DNA of 64,000 nt from Leptogorgia sarmentosa (GCA_964658305.1 OZ210885.1:3286001-3350000), one strand, 5' to 3'; counted from the stretch's first letter, positions 14,346 to 28,281 are shown. Numbers and translations: made by a program. The notes: generated from the letters alone by a model not told the origin.

Positions 14346-14692
14346 TTTTGGAAAGATCTCGTTCATTGCCCAAACTTTACTTTCTGAATGAGATCGCGGC
14401 ATGTTGGATTATTTATATTCTTCGTATCATAATAATTATTATGACATCATGAATCTTAATCTGTCATCTTGAAAAAATTGTCAGGTTTTTAATTACTTAT
14501 CGATTAACTGTAATCGTAATAAAAGCTTGAGCCGTTTCTTAATATACCGTCATGCATATTCCCTGTTCGGGGTGAATTTCCCGTTCGGCTTTGTGAAGAA
14601 TTGGGCCTAGAGTGGGAGGTCGAGGGAAAACAGGCTCAAAATGCCGGTCGAATGTGTTTTAGGCGGCGAGTAGAACTTTTAATGCTTGTTGA

Positions 14693-15010
14693 CATAAGCG
14701 TACGGGCTACATTTTTTCAGGGGGGCTTAATGATCTTTGCCCGAATTTGAGGGTAGCGAATGAGGTAGCGAACGAGAAATTTTTGAACTCTTACAACCTC
14801 TGGTTTCAATCCCCCGCCGATTTCAGAGTCCTAACTTTACTTTCTTGGTACGCTCGTTCAGGTGAACGACTGGAGGATTGTTGACATTACCTTATTCCTC
14901 AGATTCTTGCCCGAATTATGCTCAAAATTAGTGCCCGAATTTTCCAATTTGAAATTTTTTTGGGGGGGGGGGCAGTTGCCCCCCTTGCCCCACCGCCTCG
15001 TACGCCTATG
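14693..15010. mobile_element. hAT-type MITE
   Basis: Ends CATAAGCGTACG / CGTACGCCTATG; 8-bp flanks CTTGTTGA / GTTGTTGA (7/8 match). Confidence 0.7.
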
Positions 15011-15939
15011 GTTGTTGATATTCATATTTATAATAACCGGAAGTAAGTGAAAAAGACTGGGCGCGCATGATTGGCGGACAGGCGTGTTGATGTGAGATTA
15101 TGTAAACACAGCTATTTCCCGCTGCTTCTCGCTTTCCGTTATTCCACATTTCAAGTTCTCTCAAACTTGCACTCGTGTTTACATAACTCGATGTAAACAT
15201 GGAAAATGTTTTCGATTCCTTAAATAAAATATAAAGACTGCGTTAGGAAGAACAGTTTCAGCTATACAGTACAAGTAAATTTTGTTTAGGTTTCCTCCTC
15301 CTGACAAAACCCTATCGAAAATAACAGCTGTAAATGATCTGTTTTAGTACCTGCAAGCATGTTTTGAACTTTGCTGCAGGCCCCGCTACAATACATACAG
15401 GCTGGTAACGAAGCGTGGGTCCTGTGTAAATATGTCAATGAGCTAAAAATATTTTTTCCAGCTGTATAAGGTTTTATCAGTTCTATGATTTCTTTTAGGC
15501 TACGAATTTATTTTTAGGCTACGTTTACAATTACCAAATTGTAAACTTCCCAAATTCGCAAAAGTATCAGTAAAATGAACATTCAAATTAACATGTGCAG
15601 ATTCGTGATGATCTGCACTAAACTGCTACGCAGCTGAATAACATAATAAATTAGTTTAAATATGCAGGTTGTGGGAATTCGGAAGATAAATAACATTAGC
15701 TGCACAACATTGATAAAGTAAATACCATTTTCGAACCTTATGTAAGATATCAATCATCTTTCTATTATGCACAGGAGAGGAGAGAAATGATATATTGGAC
15801 GCTAAAAAGTCAAACAAAAAAAATGTGAGGCAAGGCGTGTTCGCATAACGTGTAAATAAAATCCCTGTGAATTCCTAAGTATAAAAAGAAATTGCAAATA
15901 AAACATTTACTTAATTTAACTCCAGGGGCCAGCTGTATC

Positions 15940-16310
15940 CATGGGCGTACGGGCCCTATCTTGTTTGGGAGGGGGGCAAAATATTGTTTGGCCGACAGGA
16001 CCGGCGAAAACGTCATGATATGGGGGAGCTAACAGACATTGGGAGACATCTCTAGATCGTCGGAAATGGCATTTTCGAGGTGTTATATTATCCCTCTTTC
16101 GTTATGTAATACATATTTTCGATCCGAAATACCTGAGCTTTGGAATTAGAATACTTTATATAGGATGTTTTAGATGATGATGATTTTCATCGTATTATTC
16201 ATGAAATATTGTCTAATAAAGTTAATATTTTATCAGCTATGATGGAATTATGTTTTCCCGAACGACATGCCCCCCCCCCCCCCTAGTGCCCCCTGGCCCG
16301 TACGCCCATG
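15940..16310. mobile_element. hAT-type MITE
   Basis: TIR CATGGGCGTACGGGCC; perfect 8-bp TSD GCTGTATC; interior similar to the 19135-19614 copy. Confidence 0.88.
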
Positions 16311-19134
16311 GCTGTATCAAAGGCATTCAGCGTAAAAGACGGATAAGCAAAAATCCCATTCATTTTGTGAAGAATTAAACTATAGATGTTATGTTTAGAC
16401 TGAAATGTTTAGTAGTAATTAATACGTGTAGTTAATACGTTTGCTTAACTTTTACTTATATCTTAAACTTTACTTTTATCTTATATCTTTACTTAAAACT
16501 TTAGCTAAACGCCTTTGACCTGTGCGTTCACTTCACTTTACGTATAAAAGACAAAGCACGCTTTATTGCATACGGCGATGCTATTTACGTTTCGTAAACC
16601 ACCAGGGTCACCAATTGAAATTTAGTGTTTTCAAATATAAGATAGCCGGCAGTCTAATATAAAATCGTTTGCCGGCTTACCGACATTTTCAGCGAGCTAG
16701 CTACTAGCGTGTTTGGTAGGGGCGCTTTAGTGGGCGTAGGTTAAAAGGGCCAGGTGAGGATTGCTTTCGCTAAGTTAACTTTAGATTTGTTTTGTTTTTT
16801 GAAAAATTTGAAAACATTTTTCACCCTCTAAACTGTTTTTAGTGTTTAGAGTTGTTATAAGGTTAGGGTTGGGTTTAGTTTATTATTTTTGTAAAAATAA
16901 ATCGACTTAATTTGTGTATTACGAAATAAACGCCTGATGTAACGTACGCGTTAAAAGTAGTGACACTGATTAGATAGATTTAGATGGACGTCGACGCCAA
17001 GAAGACGTCAAATTGTCGAGAAAAGCCTGGGTCGAGGACGGCGTCGTCTGCAGTTTAAAAACAGACTTAGATGAATTTCTACGACGCCATGAAGGCTTGT
17101 AGAATTTTCTTTTGGAAGAGTGCATCTTTGAATATATACATGTGATACACGGGATACACGTGCGATTTTTTTCTCGCACTGGCAACGCAACGGGTCAAAT
17201 TTCATTGCGTTGCTGGCGCAAGCGTAGTGGCTACACGAGCAATAATCTGACAGCCGCGTCGAAATAGTTGCTATTTCAACCAGGAACTACTGTGCAAATG
17301 AGCATGCATAACAGCACACTGGTCAAGAATTTCATTGGCTGCCTAAAAATAGCCTTAGCGTTTCCTGCTCAAACAATGCTTGAGTAATTTGATATTTTCG
17401 GCAATCGTTGCCGAAAGTTAAATGATTTCACCTTTCGGCAACGATTGCCGAACGCATCAGGTAACAATTGCGTTGCCGCGCAAGGTATGATACACGAGCA
17501 ATTTTATCACTCGCGCCAGCAACGAATGAAATTTGACGCGTTGCGTTGCCGACGAAACCCTTCGGTAAAACAAAAATATTCAACACCCCACACACAAGCG
17601 TGTCAAGCTACGCCCCCTGACCATAACTATACATGGTAATTATAATGCGTAATCCACAATCCGTACCCAAATAACAAAGTATATCATATGACATTTAGTA
17701 TTGTTTACATGCATATGTTATCTGTCTGTGCTGTTGCTTTAGTTAATGAGCACGGGTATCGTTGTGGCAGCTCAGTATTTTCATAGTAATACCAAAAAAG
17801 TGCCATCGAATTATCGAAATATCGAAATATGAGTGTTGATCGGGAGGTAAACAAGACCCTATATCACAAGGTTAGCAAACGTTTAAAATTCATGAAACCT
17901 TAATCCCGAGGTATATAATTATTGAAAATTACTGAAAATTCATGAAAATCTAGCTGAATGAATGTTTGGCGGTTGTCTGAACAAAGACAATCGAAGGAAT
18001 GGACTGGAAACACAAGCAAAAGCGCTAATGTTGTTGACTCCCCATCCGCGATATGACCTGATCATGATAGCTACGTTTCACTTTGGAACCCTGTAATTAT
18101 TTCGAACAATTGACGGTAGCTAGTGTTAGTGCAATTGTCGATTTTTAAAACTCTTTTGGATACCACAAAGCTAATAACCGACGCTTAATTCTTATATGTT
18201 CTTTTTGACTACCGAAAAAGCGTCATTAATGTTATTAGAAAAGTATTATTTTTATATTATTTATATGAAACATTCAACGGTGATTTTTTGCCTTGTTTAC
18301 CCCTTGAAAAGCTTGAAAAGTGGATTGATGCACATTCATCCCTGTTCTTGACACTTCTTGTTTAAAACTATGCCAATTTGAAGTCCTGGAATGGATTTAA
18401 TGTGAAGTTACAGGGAAATTAAGCGTATCGCGCACTCTTAGCGTGCGTTAGCTTGTGGTGTTTAAACTGACCTACAGAGTACAGTCTCATAACCTGTAAT
18501 AATCACGCTACTCTGATTGTGTCCTAACTAGCAGGCACATGTTGTTAAAGTCTGCAGCGCAAGCCATGGCAAATCGCTTCAACTCATACGTATACAGTTA
18601 CTTGATTGTTCAGGTCCAAACGAATTGCAAGCGTATATCCAGTGTAGGTAACGGATGTCAGTACGGATCACAATATCAACAAGCAGCAAGGGTTTTACTC
18701 ACTACCTAAACGATAGAGTGAGATTCGACGAATTGATTTTGAAGTGAGAAGCCTGGGATTTTCTAGGGAATGAACAACTTCGTTATTTTTTCCCTTTTTC
18801 TCCGAGATGCATGAGCAATAAGATGAGACGGTGGGTACTGGGTAGTTATTGCTGAGCGCCCTTGGGCTTGGATCATGAATATTGAGCCCCTTGACCCTCA
18901 CCGAACACAGTTTATGTTTCGGAATCTTCGCGCTACGCGACGTAGCTAACATCGTCTACAGCTGAGAAATACCCTCTCCAGCCCAGCAATTTTACTAACA
19001 CTAAGCATACAGGCTCCACAGCAGGGGCGGATCCAGACTGATGCAACAGATGCTTGAGCAACAGTCAAATTCTGACTGAAAAGCGTTAATTCGAATATCG
19101 ACAGCTATAGGTTATCATTTGTATAGCTTCAAAG

Positions 19135-19614
19135 CATGGGCGTACGGGCCCTGTCTTGTTTAAGGGGGCACATTATTGTTTGCCCGACAGGACCTGTGGA
19201 ACGACATTTCAAGTGGGGGGGGGGGGGGGGGGTGAGGCTGACAGATAAGGGGGGCGAAGCTCACGAGGCGCCACCATGGTTGGCGCCGAGCGAGAAAATT
19301 TTAAAAATTTTGGGTCTCTAGATCGTCGGAAATGGCATTTTCAAGGTGTCATATTATACCTCTTTCGTTATGTAATACATATTCGATCTGAAATACTTGA
19401 GCTTTGGAATTAGAATACTTCATATAGGATGTTTTAGAGGATAATGATTTTCATCGTATTGTTGATGTTATATTGTCTAATAAAGTTAATATTCTATCAA
19501 CTATGATAGAGTTATGTTTGCCCGAACGATTCGAGCTAAATTGCCCGACCGTGAACGGTTTGGGGGGGCACAGGCCCCCCCCGTGCCCCCCCCCCCCTGG
19601 CCCGTACGCCCATG
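19135..19614. mobile_element. hAT-type MITE (same family as 15940-16310)
   Basis: TIR CATGGGCGTACGGGCC; perfect 8-bp TSD CTTCAAAG. Confidence 0.88.
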
Positions 19615-20869
19615 CTTCAAAGAATCATTACAAACTTGCGTTTACTCGGACTCTATACATGTTGTCATTACTGCACAAATGGCTCGTGCTGTATTTCTCC
19701 TGCTTTGCCGCATTATTACTACTTTTAATAACATTGAATAGCCATCTGGTGACAAGCTTAGACCATTACACTCAAATCAATGAGCATATAGCAATTTTTT
19801 GAAATTCTTTAGGTGAGAACAGGGTTCTACGGGAGTATAAAGTAAACTGTAGTTCTATAGATGTATGTATGGAAAAATTTGTTTTGTTACAAGCCTTTGG
19901 CTGCCAATCTGGCAGTCCGTAGTTTTCGACGGGCTAATAAATAATGAGACTGAAATACCTATAGAAAGAGGCCTTCGATTCCTGGCGGAGGTTTGCTTAT
20001 AAAGCATCACTCGAAATTTATTGTATCGTTTTGGTAATGAATCGACTGACGTTTATATCCGTGAGTTTATATACTGCCTACACTGGCCACACATATTGAA
20101 GTGGTTTATTATAATTACACACAGCAGCTACACTTGAATCCAGCCAGCACGATACCGATTTGTCATCATGCAACAGTAATACGAACCAAAATTCACTGAT
20201 AATTGATTACTCATATAATTAGGCGGAACTGGCATTAAAATGTCACGTATGTGTCGCTCTATATTCTTTCTGTCAGCTACGGAATGTAATTGTAAATCAC
20301 TGCCCATAGTAATACACATGATGCAGCATCTTTTCGTCTTATACACTCGTTTTGTTGCCAGAAAATGTTCTACATATCTCATTCGTAAACTATCCTACAG
20401 GTTGGGGCGGCTAATTTTACGCGAAGTTTGTTCATGAGATTTTTTCGATTTGTTTCAAGCCATAGCGAGTCATATTATTATTATTCCAGGTTATTTTTTC
20501 TTGCCAACCTTATTATGTTATACTATCGAATGTTACGTCTTGCTTGCGGATTGGTTGGGCTAACATGAAAAATATCTGCTTTTATCTTGCATTTATTGAC
20601 ATTTTTTTTAATTTTGAGAACCATTTGTCCGCCATATTTTTGAGTCATAGAAGGTAACCCAAAATGGCGGCCAAATTGACGAACTTCTTACTCCGTTATG
20701 CTGTCCATTACCCGCGTGTAAATAGCCGTGTGGAATTAGTACCCTCGCCCCGGGCCAATTCCCTGACGGCACTTCGCGCTGGCGCTCACACCATGCCTCG
20801 TGGATAACTTTAATTCAACCCATCTAAGATGACCAGAAGTCAAAAGTTTGAAACAAAATAAATATTATG

Positions 20870-21615
20870 TTTCATTTTTTTTTGCGGTCCGAATCCATAT
20901 TTTAGCGTTTTCTACAATCTGATTGGCTACGTGAGCGGTCCGTATGAGGCCGTACGGACCGCTCGCATTCTCGTAGATTTAATAGAAGTATAGTCAATGT
21001 TTTTGTTTTTTTAAATTGAATGGCCGTTTAATATTAAAACATTCAACTGAACGAATTAAGGCGATAAAGAACACATGACAGGTCATATTATTATTCTAAG
21101 GGATATTTTGGGGGTATTTACATTTTACAGCGACAAAAACAGGTCTCATCAGTATCAACAAAACAAAACATTCTCGGCGAAATATTTCCGTATTTTAACC
21201 ATGTTTGTATCGTGAAACGACCGGGAAAATAAATAATTTTAATAAGTCTACCTTTTTCATTGTAATTTTGAATGGGAAAGCGTGAATATTGAAGAAAATG
21301 CGTCAATATTGAAGGGTTTTTTCTCACTTCGTCTTGGCTGTTTAGCAGCCATACTTGCGATAGAGTAGCAAAGTAAACAAACAAACTGATCTCAAAATCT
21401 AGTCCGCAACACTGGAATTTTTGACGAATTTTATCATAACATCGAGGAAAAAAAATAAATCTATTATTTACCGTTTAGGTCGGTCCGTACAGGAAAATAT
21501 TTTGTCTCGGTCTCAACAACGTCCCTCGGCCTTCCGCCTCGGGCCGTTTTTGAGACCTCGACAAAATATTTTCCCGTACGGACCTCCAAGCTAGCCGGTA
21601 AATAACATATATATA
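20870..21615 (+). repeat. Dispersed hairpin-ended repeat (other copies ~26335-26680 inverted, ~44250-44510 inverted partial, ~45247-45990)
   Basis: Shared blocks such as TCACTTCGTCTTGGCTGTTTAGCAGCCATACTTGCGATAGAG, and a terminal hairpin AAAATATTTTGTCTCGGTCTC..GAGACCTCGACAAAATATTTT. Confidence 0.8.
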
Positions 21616-21644
21616 TTATATTATGTTCCTTCATCTAGAAGGCG

Positions 21645-24600
21645 ATGTCATGGTCTTGGAAAGTTCTTTTTTTGTTGATGTGCATACCTGTTACGAGCGT
21701 CACTTCTGCTAACGACGTCGTTCCCTTCAAGTGTCCACACAGTGAGTAAATTAAGACGAAGATTTTCTGTATGTCACGTATCTGGCGCTCAAAACTCAAA
21801 TTCGTCGAAATATAAATTTCAAATTTTGAGTTTCTCAGTCGGCAGACACACTTAAAATGCTTGATGGATTCATAATTAGTGACGTAAAACGAAAATAAAA
21901 AGATTTTGGAGTTTACGCCGAAGAGAAAATTACGTTTGAAATCTTGCTTTTAATATTGAAATCAAGACCTCATTCATGTTGGGCTGGCTATACGAGTATT
22001 GATGTTCATAGTTTATCAATACCCAGTCATAGCTTCGAAGATAGCAAACAATTTTTTTCCAGACAATAATCATAGAAAAATTTGATTTTGACAGGAACGT
22101 CAAAACGATTTCAGGTTTTGAACACATTTCGTCGAAAATACCCAACATGGAAAAATTATCCTCTTAATATCATTGTTGTCAATTTCCTGGACGCTGATTG
22201 GCTAAAAAGCTTCAGCAACTGTGCAAATTAATCTTTAATTTGCACAGTGTGCAAATTAAACTTAATTGCACGGTTTCGAGCCCGCGATACATTATAAAAA
22301 CAAATAAATAAACGCTTAAATCACCGCCAAAATTCTTGTTTTTTTGGTCATTTATTGTCAACTTTGGACAAAAAAGGTTAGTGGACGTGTACTACAATGA
22401 TATTAATACGAAATTACACTTGTTCTCGAAGTATTAATGAAAAATTGCACTTGTGTTCGACGAAATACCGCTCGTGTTTCGCACTCGCGGTATTTCGCCA
22501 AACACGCGTGCAATTTTTCATTAATACTTCTCGAACCGTGTAATTTCCTATACAAATAATTGTGTATAGGTTGACACCTGCAACTTTACGAAATCGCAAA
22601 AAGTCGATCCAGAGTTCATTAAAAATTGTGAAAATAATCGCTCCCATTAGCCGGTCTGGATTCATGTTTAGCCCAAAATTACTGCAACGAGGAAACGTAA
22701 TTTGTATCTGATTATTTCAAACTGCTTAAAAAGGATCGTTTTTGTACTCTATTGGAAACACGAGTCGGACTGTTTTATCAGGTCAAGCTATACGACAGCC
22801 CATACTCTTGTCCGTTATACTTTCGAACTTATCAATGAAAAGCCACTCTTGGATAACTTTTTCCCACATTAAAACTCTTCTCATGTTTGAGGCTTAATCA
22901 TGCTTTTAATATACGTGTGGCCATTGGAATGAAAATATATCGAATCGCAGTCTCAGGTTATTCCAAGCGATGAACTGAAGTAAAATTGTTTTCTAGTTTT
23001 CGCATTTCTCTGCATTTAGACCCTGATATTCATGCCGTGCCAGACATATTATCCTTTGAAGATCCTTCTGAGTTGTGCTACTTCACCTTTACTTCAAATA
23101 CATCCAGTATAATGACTTCATCAAAATACTACAAAGATGGATTTCACTCGCTCATGTGGCAATGGGGACCTGGTGACGAACTGAAATTGAATTTGGGACG
23201 GCGTTTGGTGGGTGGACGTGCTGGTATAAAATTTTGGATCTACCAAAACGAAAGTTTACTCGCAGCCAATCTAAGTGTGTCGCTTGTTGATTCCGCTTTG
23301 CCTATCGCTACATCAGTTGTCCTTCAGTTTAACTTTTCATTATGTTTCACTGGTTGGCGCTCTGCTTGGGTCGCACTGCGCGAGGCAAACTCAGCAAATC
23401 ACGATAAAATTGGTTATGATGAAATCAATTTTACAGCCCCCACTCGCACACTACGTACTAAAATATTTTTTATGGATCTGTTTGTCTTTGATCTAAATGT
23501 GAGGAGGCAATCACGTGATCAAATTATCCCTCCAATCAATGGCGACATTTACGATATAACATTTACCTGGCAACAGACGTATAGATGGAGCCTAATAAAT
23601 CCACCGAAAGTCAATGGAACCAGACCACTTTCGAAAAAGGAATTGCAACAATTGAGTGATTTATACCTGATCGAAAAACGCCTGGTGAATTGGTTTGCAA
23701 ATGAAAGCATCGCACCAATGGAATTCAAAGGAAACGTCTTGGCACGGTGGAAATATTTACTTCGTGGGTTTCAAAATGCAAGATGTTATCTAAATTATTT
23801 AAATATAACGGTGAGCCAAGATGGTGTCATCAATGGTTCCCCTTTGTTCGCAAGAAACTCGCAATTTGGAAAACCTCTTCTCGAAAGCGTTGGTCGGAAC
23901 AAAAAATTAGGAGATGTCACGTTTGCTGTCCTTTTTCCACTTGTATTAGAATATTACTTCTCTACCAAGATACAAACTAATACGATCTGGAGCGAGTTAG
24001 CCAACATTAACAGCCTTTTCCGAAGAAAACTTGCAGTGAAACGAATATCGAGTTACGACGTTGAGTATTCTAAATTTTTACTGTCCGAGATGAAAAATTT
24101 CAAAACACCACTAACTCCAGTTGTTTTTCGGCAATGTTTAAATAATCTTAAAGAAAAGAAACTGCGCACTATAATATTGCTTTTGGAATACATTACAGAT
24201 CAAGGCTGGGCCGAGGGGAGTGCGATGGGATCTTTAGATCACGAAATGAACAAGGCAGGAACTGGGTATATGAATTCTATGTTTCTGCTAAGAGATGAGC
24301 TTGCCAAAGCTGGAAAACTCGATCAGATCCTGAAAATAATGAGATGGTACACCAATATGGGTGAAATATATCAACTCAGGTTTGAACACAGCGGCACAAC
24401 AGCCGACAAACTGCGTAATATGATTCTCTATCGCTTACAGATTATTTTAATGAGCGGTGGTGACACGATTCATGAAAAGAGAGCTAAATTACGAGACATG
24501 GCTGCGTATGTGCGCTGGTGTAATAATGCAATATTATCCCATCCGGCATTTCTTCCCATGTTCAAACCTGATCTATCATGCTTCCACCATTTAGGAGTCT

Positions 24601-27600
24601 ATGGACCTGAATATACTCCTGGAGCATTAATTACGTCATCAACTATATGGCATCTTCTTCGTGGTACTGCGTTTTCCCTTGATGCATTCTCGAAAGAAAA
24701 TATTCGTGGAAGTTTATTATCCTACGAACGGCTGACCCCACTATATTCTCTACCGAATTCAATTTCTGGTCGCTTCCCCAGTTACTCGAATGGGGCTGTG
24801 ATTGATATGCTTCAAGCTTATGCTTTCTTTTCGATTGAATCACAAAACCTCACCAATACTGGACAACTTGAACACGTAGTTCTAGGAAACGACACAGAAA
24901 TGATTGGAGTATTTCTGCGACTATACAACCCTAAGAATTCCGAAGTAAAAATGTACTTACGTAGTGGAGGATTACAGAAGACGCAAGACTTGTTTGTTAC
25001 CATAGGCACAGTACAAATACTTCATGCCGTTTACGAGAAAGCAAAGAAGGCTCAAATACAGCCAGCGGAATCACAAAAAGGCCACTGGGTCCACAATTTT
25101 GCTGCGTTATCAATACACCGTCGTAAACATTGGGTTGTCACCGTAAAGGGATTCAGTCGCTATGTTTGGGACTACGAGAGCTCTACCACCGAAAACGTTT
25201 ACGGTTTGTATCAATCCCATGGTGCTTTGCAAATTTCGAACAGCGAAGAAAGCTTAAAGGCTTACGACATTGAACACGGTTGGGATTGGACAAAAGTACC
25301 AGGAACTACGACAATAAGGTTAAGCTTGGATGAAATGCAGCTTGGAACCACAGCAAGAAATTATCAACAGTCAAAGCTGGTTGGTGGGGTGTTATTAACG
25401 AGCGATGATCCAACCACGGCAAATGGTGTGTTTGCAATGGACTTTCGTCGACCTTTGTATGGTTCTACTAATCACACGAAATCTCTCAGGAAAGGAACGG
25501 GATATATTTGTATACCAGAACATGTAAGTACACTCAACCGTGTCTTATTCTAATGGCTATTAGTAGAATGATACTCGTATACTATTGCAAATGCTGCAAT
25601 TTGATTGGCTACTCTACTCGCTATCTATTCCTCGATAGATAGCGAGTAGCAAAACATGTGAATTTTCGTTCAAGAAAATGTCTTCTGAGACGCGGTTTTA
25701 AATTATTTTTTGCAATATTTTCATGTTTGATCTCTGATTCTACTAAAACAATTAGATTACTCGCTCTCGATTTCTACGAGATGATAGTTGATTCGGGCTT
25801 CGCCCTCATCAACTATCACCTCATAGAAATCTCGAGCTCGTAATCTAATTGTTAAATATTAGTAATATAGTAATAATCTGCAAGCACAAAAAATGGTTTC
25901 TTTGTGTAAGATTAGCGGGGTTCAGATTTGACTTCCACTACCACTGCCGATACCATTAAGGGAACATGAACCAATCATATGCGTATCCGGTTAGCGCAAT
26001 AGGTGATTGAAAGTTGGCGGTAGCAGTAGTTGAAGTCAAATCTAAACCTCGTTACCGTTGCCATGATCCCTCAATGCTTAGCGTACCTGTGTTAATTAAA
26101 GTGCTTCAGAAGTAATTGTGAGCTTAGGAGAAATTTGCTTTCTCAATACAGCCATTTGTTCCTAATCATATCGTGACAGAATCCTTGATTTCATCGCTAA
26201 GAAAAAGTTTAAAAAGTTTAAAAAGTTTTGTGGTACTCATAGTTTTTCTCGAACCTTTGTTTGCTTCACTTTTTGGTACTTCTTTTTTCAATTCAAAAAT
26301 CTCTTTCGTGCGATCGTTTGCACACTTGATAGCATACATATATGTTATTTATCGGCTGGGAAGTCCGTACTGGAAAATATTTTGTCGAGGTCTCAAAAAC
26401 GGCCCGAGGCTTGCTTCAATATTGATGCTTTTCCTCTCAACATTACAATGAAAAAGGTAAACTTATTAAAATGATTTATTTTCCCGTTCGTTTCACGATA
26501 TAAACATGGTTAAAATACGCTTTAGACACGGAAATATTTCGCCGAGAATGTTTTGTTTTTTTGAAACTGATGAGACTTGTTTTTGTTGCTGTAAATATTC
26601 CCTAAAATATCCCTTAGCATAATAAAATGAACTTTCATGTGTTCTTTATCGCCTAAATTCGTTTTGAATGTTTTAAAAAAACTTTAAAAATTTAAAGGGA
26701 GTCTTTGTAAACAAACTAAGTCGCTAAAAAATAACACTTTTAGACCACGGTCAAGATATCGTAGCCAATCAGATTGCAGGAAATCAAAAAATATCACTAG
26801 GCATGCACAAATAAAAAAATAATATCTTTTATCTTTATAGTTTTCTTCCATTCCAGTTCAGACGTCAAACTGTTCATTGTACCTAAACTAAAGCGAATGA
26901 GCTCAAACAACGAACTAATTCCATTAACATAAATTTAATCACATGGAAAGTTCGATGTCTGAACTTAGGATGTCTGAATTAGTTTGAATTACCAAATATT
27001 ATACTTTCACTATCTCACTGTAGGACGAAGAAGACTTCAGTGAAGGAGCTTCGACCAGCAATATTTACCTCCAACAAGCAATACATTTCAAGTTTAAAAA
27101 ATCAATATTCTTCTATAATTCTTTGATAGTTTGTCTTGGCAGTGACATTCATGTGGAGAAGAGTCAGCCAAGGCGAACTCAAACTACTTTATTCCAAGAT
27201 AAATATATTTCAGAAATTTCTTCTATCTATTTCAATGGTGTTACACGATGGCTCAGCAACAACTTTTCTCAACTGATTAATGATTCCGCTGCCATATTGG
27301 ATACGAATGGTAACGGGTATTACATTCCAAAAGATTCGTTGCTAAATATCTCGATTAATTTGCAACTTTCGAGGACAAGTGACGGTAAAAAACCGACAAA
27401 CGCCAGGTATGCCACACTGTCGTTAGATCACGGTGTAGACCCTTTGTCAGAAAGCTATGAGTATGCGATACTTGTGGCAACGGACGCGAGTAGTATTGAA
27501 GCTCTTCGAACAGATCAAACCTCTGGCTCGCCAAGATATGAAGTAGTGTACAAAAACTCCGCTGCACATGTGGTACGCTTTTCTGGTAACACACATTCCC

Positions 27601-28052
27601 CAAGTATAACTTATGGTTATGTTTTTTTCAACCAAAGTGTTCAGTTGGCTGAAGGACCAGTGAAACGTGTTACCGCAGAGTGCATACTCATGGCCAAAAT
27701 CGATAGTCCGGACTTTTCGAAAATGTCTCTAAGTATAAGTTCTCCTGATCTGAACTACAACACCACAAAGGTGCTTAATACAAGTGAAGACAACGGTATC
27801 AACGAGTATTTTTATATGCGAAGTCAGCCGGTAGAAATATCTGTGTATCTAACGCGTCTTGTGGTATTACAAAAGCTGTTAATCAATGGTAAACCAGTCG
27901 GGAAATGGCAGTGCAATCGTTATGTAGTGGTGAACTCTAATGACATGCAAAACTCAATAACAGGAGGGAGCGAAATTGTTTTTAAAAACCTTGTAAATGG
28001 AGAAAGTGTTGAGGTTTTTCTGACAACTACGATGAATAAACACTTCCGGTGA
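21645..28052 (+). CDS. Secreted chondroitin sulfate ABC lyase-like protein (polysaccharide lyase family 8), 3 coding exons, 1209 aa
   Basis: Exons 21645-21741 (MSWSWKVLFLLMCIPVTSVTSA, signal peptide; phase-1 donor GTGAGT), 23020-25523 (donor GTAAGT), 27024-28052; 3630 nt, frame open. Motifs recalled from bacterial chondroitinase ABC: FTGWRSAWV, QGWAEGSAMG, FKPD..FHH.G.Y..EY, SGRFP, WDYE...ENVYGLYQSHG, GWDWTKVPGTTTI, KKSIFF..LIVCLGSDI, TTLFQ, SYEYAIL. Confidence 0.9.
25555..25855 (+). repeat. Hairpin-ended dispersed repeat in lyase intron 2 (inverted copy at ~41865-42118)
   Basis: Terminal hairpin AACAATTAGATTAC..CGGGCTTCGCCCTC..GTAATCTAATTGTT; near-identical reverse-complement copy in an intron of copy 3. 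Confidence 0.75.
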
Positions 28053-28085
28053 CCTAATAACGCACATCAGGAAGTAGCTAACTAA

Positions 28086-28281
28086 GACTACGTTCACACT
28101 ATGCCGGCACGGTTTGAAAACGGCGTAAAAAAATAACGTTTGGACGTTGCGTTCACACTGTGCCGGAGTGAAATTGCTTGAAAACGTCACTTTTGCCGTT
28201 ACGCTTCGACCAAGCTTTCCAAACGGAGTGAAACGAAAACGGAGGCGTCTTCAAACCGTGCCGGCATAGTGCGAAGTAGGT
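28086..28281. mobile_element. Small TIR MITE (PIF/Harbinger-like) just 3' of the lyase stop
   Basis: CACTATGCCGGCACGGTTTGAA / TTCAAACCGTGCCGGCATAGTG inverted ends with TAA/TTA flanks. Confidence 0.6.

Noticed and set aside
16855..16880. Telomere-like TTAGGG runs (also ~6207, ~9421, ~58975)
   Set aside because: Only 1-3 degenerate units within repeats; not an interstitial telomere.
18695..18952. 85-aa minus-strand ORF with plausible splice signals
   Set aside because: No recognisable domain and no partner exons found.
22986..28052. Bacterial contamination, or two separate prokaryotic ORFs, as the source of the lyase
   Set aside because: Phase-compatible GT-AG introns, a separate signal-peptide exon and host repeats inside the introns show one integrated eukaryotic gene.
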